Assembly (NCBI GenBank): GCA_032718475.1
Contig: JAUCBJ010001182.1
Location: 1 to 64,000 of the forward strand
DNA: 64,000 nt
Reading direction: 5' to 3'
Source: Nemertoderma westbladi
Lineage: Eukaryota > Animalia > Xenacoelomorpha
The translations under genes and the position numbers were made by a program. Below, in pieces: positions 48,301 to 61,385 of the stretch. The notes under the pieces were generated by a model, which saw only the letters and a list, made by a program, of their open reading frames with translations, was not told the origin of the DNA and did no database searches. How positions within the stretch are numbered: the first letter of the stretch is position 1; every line of letters begins with the position of its first letter.

Positions 48301-50022
48301 CTCTAATACGAGAGCAGATGCAAAAATTTTACTAAATAAAGTGGAAAGGACTGCTAAGGTAATTGCATATAAATTACTTTATTGTTAATATAAGCCTGAC
48401 CACAATCGATAATAATGTTAATGACTTCCAGTACCTTGGGTCGTGGAGAAAGCAGCAGAAAATAGACAGAAGTTAGGAAAGCAAAGGCATGGGCAACTCT
48501 ATAAAATATGGATACCATCTGAATGTACCGATCAATACCGCACTGGTACAGTACCATCAGATAGCTACAGTATTTGCCAGCTCCAACACCTGCATTTTTG
48601 ACATGTGTTAATGTTTCTGTATTATTTCTCAACCAAATTATGTCATTATGTAAAAAATAGTACGGACTAAATAATTAATGTAATTAATAATCCAATAAAG
48701 CTAAAAATTAGGTGTTATGCAATTTGATAGGTGTTATAATAGTTAATAGGAAATAGGCAATAATTGCTTCTAGTTAATTGGTATTTACCACGCGTTTGTC
48801 ATATTTACCGAACTTCTTCAAAGGTGTTATTCCGGGAAATTTACATTCCCTTGACAATATAATTAATGTTCATAAATACAGTAAATTTTAATGGGAAACC
48901 GTGCTATAGCTGCTGCATTGCAGCATGTCGAAGCCGAAGCATGCAGCATAGGCTGTCCACCATGCTACTGTAACTCTTTCGTATACAGAGATCTTCAGTC
49001 AGGTTCGAACTGATCAGGAATTCAAATTGATAGCTAGAATTTTGGTCTTTTGTTGTAGCAATCACAACAGTACCTGTAGTACTAACAACAGACCAACATT
49101 GGAATGATACTGCTAAACAGAGCTGTCTTTGGGAGCCTTCCAATTTTTCTGACATTAATTCCAGATCATCAGTAAATTCAAGGTTCCTAAAGATTAATGT
49201 CGGTTTCACTCTACACATTACCGCTAGCATAACAACCGATTCGTAGCACCCCTACAGTATAATATAGATATGATCATGTTTCCCAGTTTCCACCTTAAGT
49301 CTACCTCGACTTATAACAATCTCGATAATTAATAATTATTCAATAAAACATTACTTAACTATTATTTCAGGTATTGCTGTTTACTTTACCTTTAGCAGAA
49401 GCAATTTCACTCCCTACATTCCTCCTCTGGTATATGGCATTATACTTCACATTCTCAGGTATATTTGCAGTATTTCCACCGACCACTCTAAAGGCTTATG
49501 GAGGATCTCATGCAAGTACGTTTATAATGTTATCTATGCAGAATCCGGCAACATGTTGTTAATTCATAATTATTAACCATAATACCTTATTTTATTATTT
49601 ACCGTATTTTTTATTTTAAAAAAATATGTCTGATTTTTATTTAATATGTATGTCTTTGACTTTTCTATTTTATTGTATGGCTGTTTGTTTGTTGCTCGTC
49701 TCCTTATATCAATTTTTAGCAGTATCATTAGCAAAAGCATCAGTTGAATGCAGGTATGATTTTGATTTTAGATACTTTGTACACAAACTACGCGTTGTTT
49801 CAACATATTTCACATAATATTTTAGGTGCCATTATGGGTTTAATATACTCAGCTTTCTCAACATCAACAACGGTATCAATTTTAAGCGTTATTGTGGCAA
49901 CAAAAACTCAAACCAACTTCACATGGTTCGGATTGTATACTGTCTGTGGCGGGTTCTCCTTGATAGCTGTTATTATCTCAAGATTCTTTACAGTAAAAGA
50001 CGAAAGGGGAAAAGATGTATAA
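45382..50022 (+). CDS. OFA/OxlT-like (oxalate:formate antiporter-like) MFS transporter, 5 coding exons: 45382-45788, 46258-46462, 46803-47297, 49371-49515, 49826-50022
   Basis: All introns are GT-AG with consistent phases (2,0,0,1). Motifs GTFYNFTNMEPYIISY, TYGFVFG, KWIPAYKGLGSG...GFGLGAFVF, YINP, NCFGRPFWGLLSD, SGIFAVFP...YG; multiple hydrophobic helices. Confidence 0.9.
47867..48269. mobile_element. MITE-like element with ~25-bp TIRs in intron 3
   Basis: CGTCTGTCCTTATCTGATCTGATCT ... AGATCAGATCAGATAAGGACAGACG. Confidence 0.7.
47929..48110 (+). mobile_element. tRNA-derived SINE-like sequence
   Basis: A-box-like TGGTGTAGTGG, B-box-like GGTTCAACCCC, and body ATCCTTAAATGGTAGCTAAATGAGTAC, which is also found at ~62428-62455. 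Confidence 0.55.
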
Positions 50023-51502
50023 ATTTAAAGAAACTCATTTACATTATCAGCCGGACAAATTCTGGGTGTACGGATTTATAATTATGTTATGAAAATAATT
50101 AATTAATTATGAAGTATTTATCTGTAAATACTGTTGTAGGTATACTGATTAGTATTCCCGACAAGATTTTATTATATAAATATACTCAATACTCTGTTCT
50201 CATAGCGTAACTCTCATCTTTTTCATAATTTGCATATAAAACTTCATAAAGAAACCCACAACTGCCATAGTTGATGTTTCTTTAAGTTTTATTGAGAATG
50301 GCTTAGCAAAACTCGGCATAGACATCCAGGTGGGATCAAACTTTTACGGAAGCCCATTACGGTCACCATGTGTATAAATATCAAAAATGTGTTTCAGATG
50401 CCAGAATTGCAAAAGAATGTTCACAGTCCGCCAATTCAAACGTACAGCATGGCTGTACAACCAATGATGAGTTTTTAAATATATAATTTGTAAATTAACA
50501 TCAGCACTTGCCACCTGCTGTAAAATTTTGTCACTGCTGTGAATTTACAACTGATGTAATTTTGAGATTATTTTAGGAAATATACACTCATAATAATACA
50601 GCAGTGTTGAAAAACACATTACGTGTTTTTAAAATTATCATTTGTAAATTTACATCAGGACTTGTTACCTGCTGTAAATATTGTCACTGCTGTGAATTTA
50701 CAACTGATGTAATTTTGTGATTATTTTAGGAAATATGCACTCATAATAATACAGCAGTGTTGAAAAACACATTACGTGTTTTTAAAATTATCATTTGTAA
50801 ATTTACATCAGCACTTGCTACCTGCTGTAAAATTTTATTAATGCTGTAAAATTTTATCACTGCTGTGTATTTACAACTGATGTAATTTTGAGATTATTTT
50901 AGGAAATATACACTCAATACATTAGTGTTGAAAAGTACATTATGTGTTTTTAAAAATATCATTTGTAAATTTACATCAGCACTTGCTACCTGCTGTAAAT
51001 TTGTCACTGCTATAAATTTGATGACATCTGAGATATAATGGGCGGGAAATTCAAATGTCAGAATGTGTGTGTCAATGTCAGTGAGTGTCTATTACAGTAT
51101 TACTGTACTAACTATGCTACTGCTGTACTGTACTACAGTAGGCGTACTCAGGTACTGTCAGTATGAACTAGACTTACCGTATTGAGTACCGGTACTGTTT
51201 TAGACCTACTCTTCATATTAGAATGTATGATTCAATCATCTGATCAATCATTATTCATATTACAGTATTATAATACTCATGGACAGAAGGACACTAGTCT
51301 TACTGCAGTTCCAGTACCGATATAGGCCTGTTGAGTAGTATTGCAAAAGAAGATCATGTTCCAGCACCTGGTAGAATAAAATAAATTGTTAAATAAACGG
51401 TACTCCTGCATTAGGGTCACAGTAGCTTATAGGATTACTACCCATACTGTATACCAGTATCACCATGGCAGCATAAGGTAAAAATGCGAGTCTAGCAAGG
51501 CT

Positions 51503-53813
51503 ATGTTTTGCATATTTTGCGGGTTTAGTTTGTTAGATGGCGCTCGCTTTTGCGCGGATTGCAGTAAGTCTATCATATGCACTCAGCCACATGGAAGCAA
51601 TACCGGTAATGTTGAGCTTCGTAATACAAGCGCCTCTATTCAGAGTTTCAGTGGTATTTGTAACTCGAGTGATACACTGATGCATCTCGCGTTAGTTTCG
51701 GAACATCGACTTCAAATGATACTGCAGGCAGTGCAGGAGGTGATCACATGCCCTTTGCTGAGTACTTAAATTAAACAAAGAGGGGTCATCTGGAGGGGCC
51801 AGTGTCTGGGCCAAATGATGATGTGGTGCTGGGAAATCTATTCCAATAGATAATCCGATGCAACCTGTTAGAATAAAGATTCGGCCATGTAAGTTTAACA
51901 CAGTCTCTCAACTTAAAGAGGTTTGGGGAAAGACTTTAAATGTTGAAGTACCGAAGTCTGCTGATTATGACCTGCTGTTAAACTTATCATTGGCTAAATA
52001 TTGTGCTTGTTACAGTGATGTTTTTCCAGGTGTCACCGATCCATCTTCTTTCGTGATTTTGTATCATGATAAAAAGATAGCAACACAACTGCCCATGAGT
52101 AACAAAGACTGTGTCTTAGATAAATACAGGCATGACATTTCTAAGGACTATCGTGATATTTTGTTTTTACTGGCAACTGCCAGTGATTATGATCGGCATA
52201 TGAATAATTCCAGTAGCGATGGAGAAGTGCATAGGACCACTCGCAAGAAAAGTGTTCACCCACATCACATTGTCATTGATGATTCTAGTGATGATGACTT
52301 TGAAACGCCTACTCAAAGTTTTCGATATCTGCAAGGAAGCACGGTAAATACATCATCACCACCAGCATATACTGAGACCGCATCTACCAACGAAAATATT
52401 TGAACCCATAGCAATTCCGACAATACTGTTAGTGTTATTACTAATAATGTACCTATAATCACAAATCATTCCAGACCCTCATCTACTACTAATAATGTGT
52501 GTATGGTGACAAGAGGTGTGGAGCCAGGTTTTTTTCTAGATGATAGTCGTTCAGACTTGGATGAACACCCTACTACTGCCAGCAACACAACAACATTGAG
52601 ATTAAGTATTGTGTTAGACATGAACATCTTTATTGATGAAGACTCAATTCCCATTTTGATAGATTCATCCATTTGGGAATTATGTGGAGATGATATAAAC
52701 TTTCTCAAAGACGTGACATTTAGTTATGATGACATCGAGTATGAAAATGTAAAAAATATCAGAATACATCGACGACATCTGTTACATGATGCCTTTGAAA
52801 AGCTCTCCAACGTTCACCCCCATACTCATATCATAATAAAGTATGTTGGAGAAGAAGGCTGTGATCGAGGTGGACTACGTAGGGACTTTCTGGCCAATGT
52901 TGGCAAAGCACTTTATGAAAATAGTTCATACTTTCTAAAAGTTGACAATTATTTGACACCAACCATTACTGACATGTCTAAGGTTGTTAATGGTACATTT
53001 GCTCTTCTAGCCAAAGTAATGGCGTTTATTTTATACCATGGTGAACAACTTTTTGCTGTCCTCCATCCAATTGTCGCAGCATACATCTGCTTCCAGAAAT
53101 TTGACCCCTTAGCTTTGATCAGTAGTCACCCTACTCTATCTATCTAAGAACGGATTATTTGGAAATCACATCCAAACAAACATTTTATCCGATAAGTTTC
53201 AAGAAGAAGGCTGGGAACTGGAATTGCCTCCACCACTGCAAACGGCGTCAGATGTTGAGAAACACAAGTATGTTTCAAATCCTGTGATGGTCAAGTGCGT
53301 TCTGAGCAACAAGGCTGCTATTGACAAATTTAAACGCGAACTTCTGTTGTACTTACCAAATGTTAGCAAACTAGGATTATTCAAATTTTTATGTTGTTCG
53401 CGTGAAGTTGACATTCTTGCTGTCCTAGATAAAGCTGATATTCCCGACCATCCTGAATTAGATTCGAATATTCGCGCAAGAGAAGACGATATCATTTATT
53501 GGTTTGTCAATTCTATTGAAGAGCTTATTTTAAATGGTCAATTGGTTGACAGCATGAGTACCAATTATATCGATATTGCTTCAGTTAAGCGGTGGTTATT
53601 TGGCTCTGAATTTCCTATACATGTGCCAAAATTAACTCTTCTTTTCAAAGATTGCGATTACCATGCCTGTAATTGCAGGTTCAAGTATTCAACATGCGCC
53701 GTACAATTAATGCTACCGCGCCACATAAGCAGTCAATCTCAATTTATATCCAGCTTAGTCAATACCGTCTATGATGATTCGATGATTCGCGTGGTGGTTT
53801 TCACACTGTCTAA
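51503..53813 (+). pseudogene. Transposon-borne zinc-ribbon plus HECT-type E3 ubiquitin ligase gene (G2E3-like HECT), disrupted
   Basis: N-terminal CIFC...FCADC; IHRRHLLHDAF...IKYVGEEGCDRGGLRRDFL (HECT N-lobe); YSTCAVQLMLP (catalytic Cys context). Removing the 8-bp duplication GATGATTC gives a C-terminus DSRGGFHTV*. Confidence 0.72.
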
Positions 53814-53873
53814 TGCTTTGCTTATTGATACGTTACATACTGTATACAGAACATTACTTGCTTATCTCCGTTA

Positions 53874-54368
53874 GGGAGCGTTCATAAAGTATGTCTCGCG
53901 CTGGGGGGGGGGGGGGGGGGGGCGTCGAGCTTGCAAGACATTTTGTGACAGGGGGGGGGGGGGGTGACTTTTGTGACGGTCACGGCAATGTTCTGCGGTA
54001 TGCTTTAATGTTAGCTTGACTTTAACTAACACATTTGTATATGAGTGGGAAACTTATATGAGAAGGAAAAAACAATAAACTCAATAACATTGAATTTAAT
54101 CCCTAACATTAACAGGACACCCCTGTCTAGTCTGCCTTGTTCAAGTACAGTATTGTAGTTTGAAGATGCTAAAAAGTATGTATAGGCTTTTAGTAAGAAC
54201 TACTTCAGTCGAAATGTTTCACTTTCTATTGTGCTTTCTACCTGTTATTAAATTATTGAAATAAAATATTTTTCATCTAAGGTTAAAATTACATCAGATC
54301 AATCAATGGGATCATTTCAATGGGTTAAAAATTGGAAAATTTGTGTGATATACTTTATGAACGCCCCC
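53874..54368. mobile_element. PIF/Harbinger (Tourist-like) MITE
   Basis: TIR GGGAGCGTTCATAAAGTAT vs ATACTTTATGAACGCCCCC; TSD TTA on both sides. Confidence 0.8.
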
Positions 54369-55321
54369 TTAGTAATTAATTGTTTCTGGTTCCGATGTTA
54401 ATGTTTTTTTGTTTGTTTTTTTTTGTTACTGTTTTTCAACCAATCATTGCATTGATAGATTAGTTGTAGTATGTTGTCTTTGTGGTGCTATTTAATTTTG
54501 GCCATTACTCTGTAATATGTTGCTTATTGATAATATAATGTTTGTTGCTTATTTTTGAAAATCTTTAAAACGGATGAGATTACCGATTTTTTGCATTTTT
54601 TGGTGAGTGTTGTTCTGGCTCTTTGGTCACGATATCCTAATGTTATATATAATCCATCCTAAGTTGAATAATAGTCCCCATTCAACCAGGGACCGATAAT
54701 TTATTTTCGTCCAATTTGCAGGCCCCCCACATCCCATGTAATAAATCATTATAAAGGCTAACAATTATAATAATGTATGTTAACATATAAAAAAGAAGAA
54801 AGCTTCGCCCGGAGCAATCTTCGCCCTCAAAATGAGCAACTATTGCCCGACGGATACCTTCGCATACAGGCAATCTTCGCCCGCGAGCAACATTCGCCCA
54901 ATAACCATTTATTGTTTTGGTTAGAAAAAGTCATCTCTGCAACCGGCTCCTTTCCCTCAATTGGTAACTAAAATGGTTACTAACAGGAATCACTTTCTGT
55001 TTATTGGGCGGGCGAAGGTTGCTCGCAGGCTAAGATTGCACTCAACTATCCAAACCAGCCAGCCTTGGAGTTGGATGGTGGGAGGGGGGGGGGGTGTGGG
55101 TGGGGTGGGGGGGTAATTATAAATTTCGGGGACAGTAAGAAATAAAGGACTATTTTATTTCCATGTAATAAATAGTTAACGGGGGGGGGGGGGGGGTACT
55201 GGCTTAATAATACTTAATAAAAAGACAATATCGCTTAGTATGTAATATGTATTATACTGGTCAAACTCAAAAACTAACACGAATATAAAGTGTAAAAATG
55301 TAAATATCTAATTCACAATTA

Positions 55322-56410
55322 TTAGTTCACAAATAAGGTATCTAAACCACCGAAGTGCTTAATGACATGAACCCCTTAGACCATTCCAATTCCCGAGCGA
55401 CATTACTGCAATACCCCAAGGCATCAGATGTATTTATATGGTTGCCATCCTCCAATTCCTCCTGCACAGAAGTATAGTTTTTGCGATGTCACATAATCCG
55501 CCTCTGAATTCTGGATGATGGTAATTGTAGTATGGTTCCTGGTATGGTATTGTGACGCGATTTTCTTATATAATGTCCAGTGTACTGCAAGGTCATTTAG
55601 TTGGTTTTCTAATAGTGGCGAGAAACAAAACCACATTGCGTCTATATGAAATGGATTCGTTAAGTCATAAAAGCCGATTTCAATAATGTCCTTAAAATAG
55701 TTCATCCACCAATTCGACCAGGTCTTTCTAGGACCACCAGGCTTCTATTCTTTGATTGCGACAAAATTTAACGAAACGATGACCGTCTGCAGTCTCCAAA
55801 AAATAACACTGTGCCCCAGCCATGACGCCGTTTTCCGTACCATGATCAGTTTCTAATCGTTTAAGAACACCATACTGCTGAACAGCCGACAAGTAAAAAC
55901 TACAAATGACATTCGGATTGTTGTTTGTTGAGGTTAATTTTAACCAGATTATAAAGCGTGACCATCCGCCGATGCAACCGTGTATTGGAAAGCCAAACGG
56001 TTTTAGCTTGTCATAACCATCTGCGTGCCATGCTGCGTTGGGTCCTGCGCAATAATACCGTCGCCTCTGAAGTCTATGTTGTTGTCGAAATGAGGAAGCT
56101 GCTGGATCGATTTCTCGAAGGACTTCTTGAACTATGGCTCGAGGTATAAAATGCCCAAGTAAACGCAGCGTATACCAAATTGATCGGTAGCCTCTAGCAG
56201 ACCCGACATCTAGAGCTAAAATAATGTCACCAGGTCAACAATTTGTTCCCTGGTGTATACATTTCTGTGGCGGTATAGACCCAGATCCACTAAGCGTCGC
56301 CTAAGCGTTTTGTTGCTAATAACAAACCCACGGTCTGAGAAAAGTTCCAATATTTCTCTGTTAGAAAGACAATTGTTAAAATACTCTGTAATTAACTGAT
56401 TTATATTCAT
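55322..56410 (-). pseudogene. IS3EU-like DDE transposase (integrase-core), disrupted
   Basis: N-terminal HTH-like ISNKTLRRRLVDLGL; GPNAAWHADGYDKLKPFGFPIHGCI, LETDHGTENG, NQRIEAWW, WMNYFKD; several frameshifts. The 3' end is approximate. Confidence 0.85.
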
Positions 56411-56742
56411 TCTAGGTTTGAATTGAATCACACATTCTAATATGAAGAGTAGGTCTAAAACAGTACCGGTACTCAATATGGTAAGTCTAGTTCATACTGG
56501 CAGTACCGGTACTGTAGTACAGTAGCATAGTTAGTACAGTAATACTGTAATAGACAATCAATGACATTGACTCACACATTCTGACATTTGAATTTCCCAC
56601 CCATTATATCTCAGATGTCATCAAATTTACAGCAGCTGAACAGTGACAAATTTACAGCAGGTAGCATATGTGCTGATGTAAATTTACAAATTATATTTTT
56701 TTAAACACATAATGTGTTTTTCAACACTAATGTTTTATTATG

Positions 56743-57560
56743 CAGTTGAATTACACAAATATACGTAAATAGTAAAAATATATAGTAAAAACAATAATAA
56801 AAAAAAATACTAACAAATAACTATCGACCCGCCATAAATAAATTACTGACTAGGTGACCAATCAATACTCAGAGCTGCGCGATAATTATATAGTGGCATA
56901 TGTGGAAATAATTTTAGAGCCCAATGTTATGGTTATTGAATATGATTCGGAGTATGAATTTATGTTGGAATTTATGAATGGGACGAAGTCCTCTCGGTTT
57001 CTATGCGGTCTTGTTGGCACACGTATGGGGGTTGTTACTTGGGTTTGTTGATAGCAGCCTGTTAGTAGGTGGTTAACTCGTCGCCCCGCAGACCTGCCCC
57101 ATCGCCGAAGCCCAGGGCTCAGCAGGCGCAGGGGCGTCGTCCCCCACGGAGGCACAGAGAGCTAGCTCGTAAGAGGGCAAATTGCAGCCTTCTGCGTATG
57201 CCACCTAGCACTTTCCCTAGACCACGTTCCCGCATCCCGCATGCCTTCCTTGGTATTTACTAGGGACTCTGCGATGTGGGAAATAAAGATATCTGTCTGT
57301 TTACACCACACACCGTCTGTTGTGCCAATGAGCGGTGTAAAGGAGAGGTGTAATGTCGCGGTAGTGGTCTTGCTTCGCGCGGACCCATTGTTCTAAGATG
57401 GTATTCACTGATCGGTTGGTCTGGGCGTAGGAGGGTGCGTCGGCATGTACAACAGCAATGTCGAAAGACGCAACCCTCTGATTGGCCTAGATTCCGAGTG
57501 CAACGAGGTTCCCCCGAACCCTGCCAACTGTCAGTCCCTGCTCGTCGAGATGGCCTAACT
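56743..57560 (-). mobile_element. 5'-truncated CRE-like LINE inserted in the right TIR
   Basis: RGNLVALGI*ANQRVASFDIAVVHADAPSY, SFTPLIGTTDGVWCKQTDIFISHIAESL, GGIRRRLQFALLRASSLCLRG. Flanked by TATTATG on both sides and absent from the left TIR. Confidence 0.75.
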
Positions 57561-58169
57561 TATTATGTATTATTATGAGTGTATATTTCCTAAACAAATC
57601 TCAAAATTACATCAGTTGTAAATTCACAGCAGTGATAATATTTACAGCAGGTAGCAAGACCTGATGTAAATTTACAAATGATATTTTCAAAAACACAATG
57701 TGTTTTTCAACACTAATGTATTATTATGAGTGTATATTTCCTAAACTAATCTCAAAATTACATCAGTTGTAAATTCACAGCAGTGACAATATTTACAGCA
57801 GGTAGCAAGACCTGATGTAAATTTACAAATGATATTTTTAAAAACATATAATGTGTTTTTCAACACTAATGTATTATTATGAGTGTATATTTCCTAAAAT
57901 AATCTCAAAATTATATCAGTTGTAAATTCACAGCAGTGACAAAATTTTACAGAAGGTGGCAAGTGCTGATGTAAATTTACAAATTATATATTTAAAAACT
58001 CATCATTGACTTTACGGCCATGCTGTACATTTGAATTGGCGGACTGTGAACATTCTTTTGCAATTCTGGCATCTGAAACACATCTTGGATATTTATACAC
58101 ATGGTGACCATAATGGGCTTCCGTAAACTTTTGACCTACATGTTGGAAGTCTGGCGCTCCTACCATTCT

Positions 58170-59900
58170 GATAGCAGCTTATTCAAACGGAGTACCTGCA
58201 AATACAACACCTATTGCATTATGTTTGAAATTTATGTCATATGTATGCGACAAGTAGAAAGTCTGCGCTTCTCTCGGTGCGCGTGCCTTATAAAACGTGT
58301 CGCACTTAGCCGCTTTCATGGGGTGATCACGTCGGAATCGTTTGGTCGGAGTGTGACTATTTGTGTGAAGCAACGCGTTGTGGTTGCATCCACACAAAAT
58401 GCAAGTATCCTCGTTTGGACAGTCCTTTTGGACATGTCCACTGTCCAGGCAATGTACATCTCGAACAGGAGTTTAATGGACGTATCTGTAGTCGCCTTTC
58501 TTCCACTCCTAGGTCCTTAAAAGCATGTCATCCGCTTAACTTATGTCCACTGTAACATCCACCATTCCTCTCCCAGAATTGACATCCAACAAAGTCGACG
58601 GGTAGTTGTTGGCGTGACTGTTTGGTGCCAATGGGTGTCAAAACCTTGGATGTTTCAGTAGGGGTTGCATAAGTTACGGCCTTTGCGGTAGTCTGAAGTT
58701 GTTTCGTCCGGACTGGTGCCCAACTGTGATCCCTTCGGCCACTATATAATGGCCGGTGTAATTAGACCGAGTCTCCACTACTACCTTTCTAGAAATCAGC
58801 TGATGTACATCGGTCAATCTCAAGAATCCTCCTGCCTCTTCCTGCTGATATTCTATTTTTCGCCATTCTCGACGCAGTCGATGTTGTATTCTTCCAATAA
58901 TCCTTATTAACACCATTGGTGCATTGGCATATTCTAGTTGCCTGATAGATTTTAAAGTGACGATGGCGTTTTTAATTTCGTCAGACAGCCGTTGAAGATC
59001 GATGGGTTTAGATATAGGTCCACCCCTGCAAAGGTCTTCTATTATTGATTTGGCCATACTAACTGTACTACCATAAATGGAAAATAGACAGTCATACGCT
59101 AGTTCAAATGCATCCAGAACTGCGGTAAACGTCTCCGCCAATTTTTTGGGCTCACCTGAAAGTACCTGAAGTAGATAATTAAAGTTCTCCATGGCGGTAA
59201 AAGAGCACACCACTATTTTGGACTCTTATGTAGTCAACTAAAGTATGCCAGTCTTTTGCGTTACCTGAGAATTTCGGCAGTTGTTGTGCCAGCAATCCAT
59301 GTCTGGCCATGAACTTCACACTCTCGTTGACGACGTCCAGTTGCCCATGTCCCTGTCCAGCGATATCATTCAGCTGGTCCTGTCTGCGTGGAGTTTGCCG
59401 ATATGAGTTGTAACCAACGGGATCTTCTCCTAAAGGATTTGGAGTTTGTTGTACTTCTGGGTCTCTGTACTGTGGTCATTGTGGCTGAGATTGAGGATGT
59501 TCTAACTCCACGCTGGCTCATGAATGATCCGAAAGAGGTGCTTCGAGCCACTCTTCGATTTGAGCCAACTGGTCCGCCACAGGTCGCATCATCTCAGTGA
59601 GTTGTCTAGCACTAATCAGCTCTGCTGATGGTTGCGACGTAGGTTTCTGTACGGGTGTTTCGCGTGGAGGATTCTCGATATACGGATTTGTCGACCACTC
59701 CGGTTCGTGTTTATAATCGCCTTCCACTCCAGTATGGAATATCTCCCTTTCCATAAACTCCGTATCACTAGATGAGTCGCTGTGGTCTGGATACGGTGGC
59801 TGGCAGGTTCTCATTCGACGTATTATTCTTGTCGGTAGGGTTTGTTTCGGTTTGATGTTCACTGTTCTTCATCACTGGGTAGGCTCGCAAGCCTTCCACG
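58170..59900 (-). mobile_element. Decayed BEL/Pao gag fragment
   Basis: YLLQVLSGEPKKL, LRREWRK, knuckle GHVQKDC...CILCGCNHNALLH; no LTRs recognised. Confidence 0.65.
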
Positions 59901-60574
59901 AAGTCGTAGGTTTCGATAAACGCGGTTCAAACCAGTGGATACTACCCACATCTAGGGTTCTTCGTCGCTCTGTAGGCTCACAAGATTTCGCGACTATTTA
60001 ATTCCAAATTAAGGTACCTTTCAAGGAAAGTAGTAGGTCATAATGGCAGGCTTTTCTAACCAAAACAATAAAATAAATTTAGGAACACAATTTACAGTAA
60101 AATTGTTACTTCTAGGCACTAATTTTTCAATATTAATTTAACATTAACCCTATGAGAAGGCTGAAACAACACCTCAATTAGCTTTTTGTGTAGGGTACAG
60201 CTATAATGTGTAACCTACATACTGGTAATAGGTAAAGGCAACCAATGAGGCCTCAGAATCGATACTGATACACACAGCCTGGGCCGGATTTAGAGTGGTG
60301 GGTGGCGTGTGGCCGGATCAGTAGTGGTGGGGGACCTGCGCCTGGGCTCTACTGTATGGGGTTTGCACATATGGTGCCGAGCACTTCTCACAGACTATAC
60401 TGAAAGAGAAAGACACATATTCTCTCATTTTCTTTTCCCTAACTTTTCAATCGATTTATTGCAAATACCTTTCAAAGAAACCTGAATGTAGATGTAAATA
60501 CAAGAAATACACTTTAGATATTCTAGAATGTATAGATAATAGTATTAAATGTGGTAATGGGGGGTCTCCTTTTA

Positions 60575-61385
60575 ATCATCCCGTTCCCCCCGGCTGGACT
60601 GAGCATGTAAAGCCATTTAGGGATAAGTCTATGTTCTGGCATTCCCTGTGGGTTTCCTCGGGTTGTCCTAATGCTTCCAGAAACAGTCATTTATTTCACA
60701 TGCGACGGGACTCTCGGGCTCAATACAAGTACGCCATTCGACGGTTGAAACGCTCAGTTGATAATGTGCGTCGCGATTAGTTGATTGATGCTTGCCTGAG
60801 AAATAATAACGATTTTTTAAGGAGATTAAGAAACTCTGTTTCACTCCAAATAGCGTGAGCTCAACCATTGATGGTTGTACTGATCCACAGTCAATTGCTA
60901 CAGGTTTGCCAGTATCTACTCTAGTTTCTACAATCAACCATACGGATCTGATGTAGAGTCGATCACAAAATAAATCTCAGCTAAGTTAGCGGATTTTCCA
61001 CCGGACATCATTCCCCATGTCTTTCCGGAATTGGTTGCAGAGGATCTTCATAGACTCAAAAGTTGTAAGTCGGATGTAACTGTTGGTTTTGATTCGGACT
61101 GTCTGATCCATGCTCCTCCAGAGTTGTGTTTACAACTTAGTGATTTGTTTAATACTTTTCTCATGCACGGTTTCGTCCCTCAATTTCTATTGAGTTTGAG
61201 TTTGAGTTTCTATTGAGTATCGATTTATAATAATTCCTTTGATCAAGGATAAGCTTGGAGACGATGCTGTCTCCAGCAATTACCGCGCCATTGCATTGTC
61301 ATCAATCTTGATTAAATTGTTTGAATGGGTCATGCTTCTTTAACAAGTGGATCATTTGAAGTTAGACGAACTTCAGCTTTTCGGA
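60575..61385 (+). mobile_element. LINE ORF2 remnant (APE-type, L2/Daphne-like)
   Basis: PGWTEHVKPFRDKSMFWHSLW, RAQYKYAIRRLK, LFNTFLMHGFVP, NYRAIALSSILIKLFEW. Confidence 0.7.

Larger units (their letters stand above)
50345..58125. mobile_element. IS3EU-like DNA transposon (7.8 kb) with ~0.9-kb TIRs and two convergent genes
   Basis: Termini TACGGAAGCCCATTA...TAATGGGCTTCCGTA and 6-bp TSD AACTTT (50339-50344 and 58126-58131). TIR homology extends inward to ~51237 and ~56422 and includes ~120-bp tandem subrepeats. Confidence 0.88.

Noticed and set aside
54660-55200. Additional MITE with CTTCGCCC repeats
   Set aside because: Short repeats are visible but no TIR/TSD pair could be fixed.
56744-57560. 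Solo LTR with AGTT...AACT termini
   Set aside because: The interior translates as a CRE-like RLE C-terminus plus 3' UTR; the termini match is coincidental.
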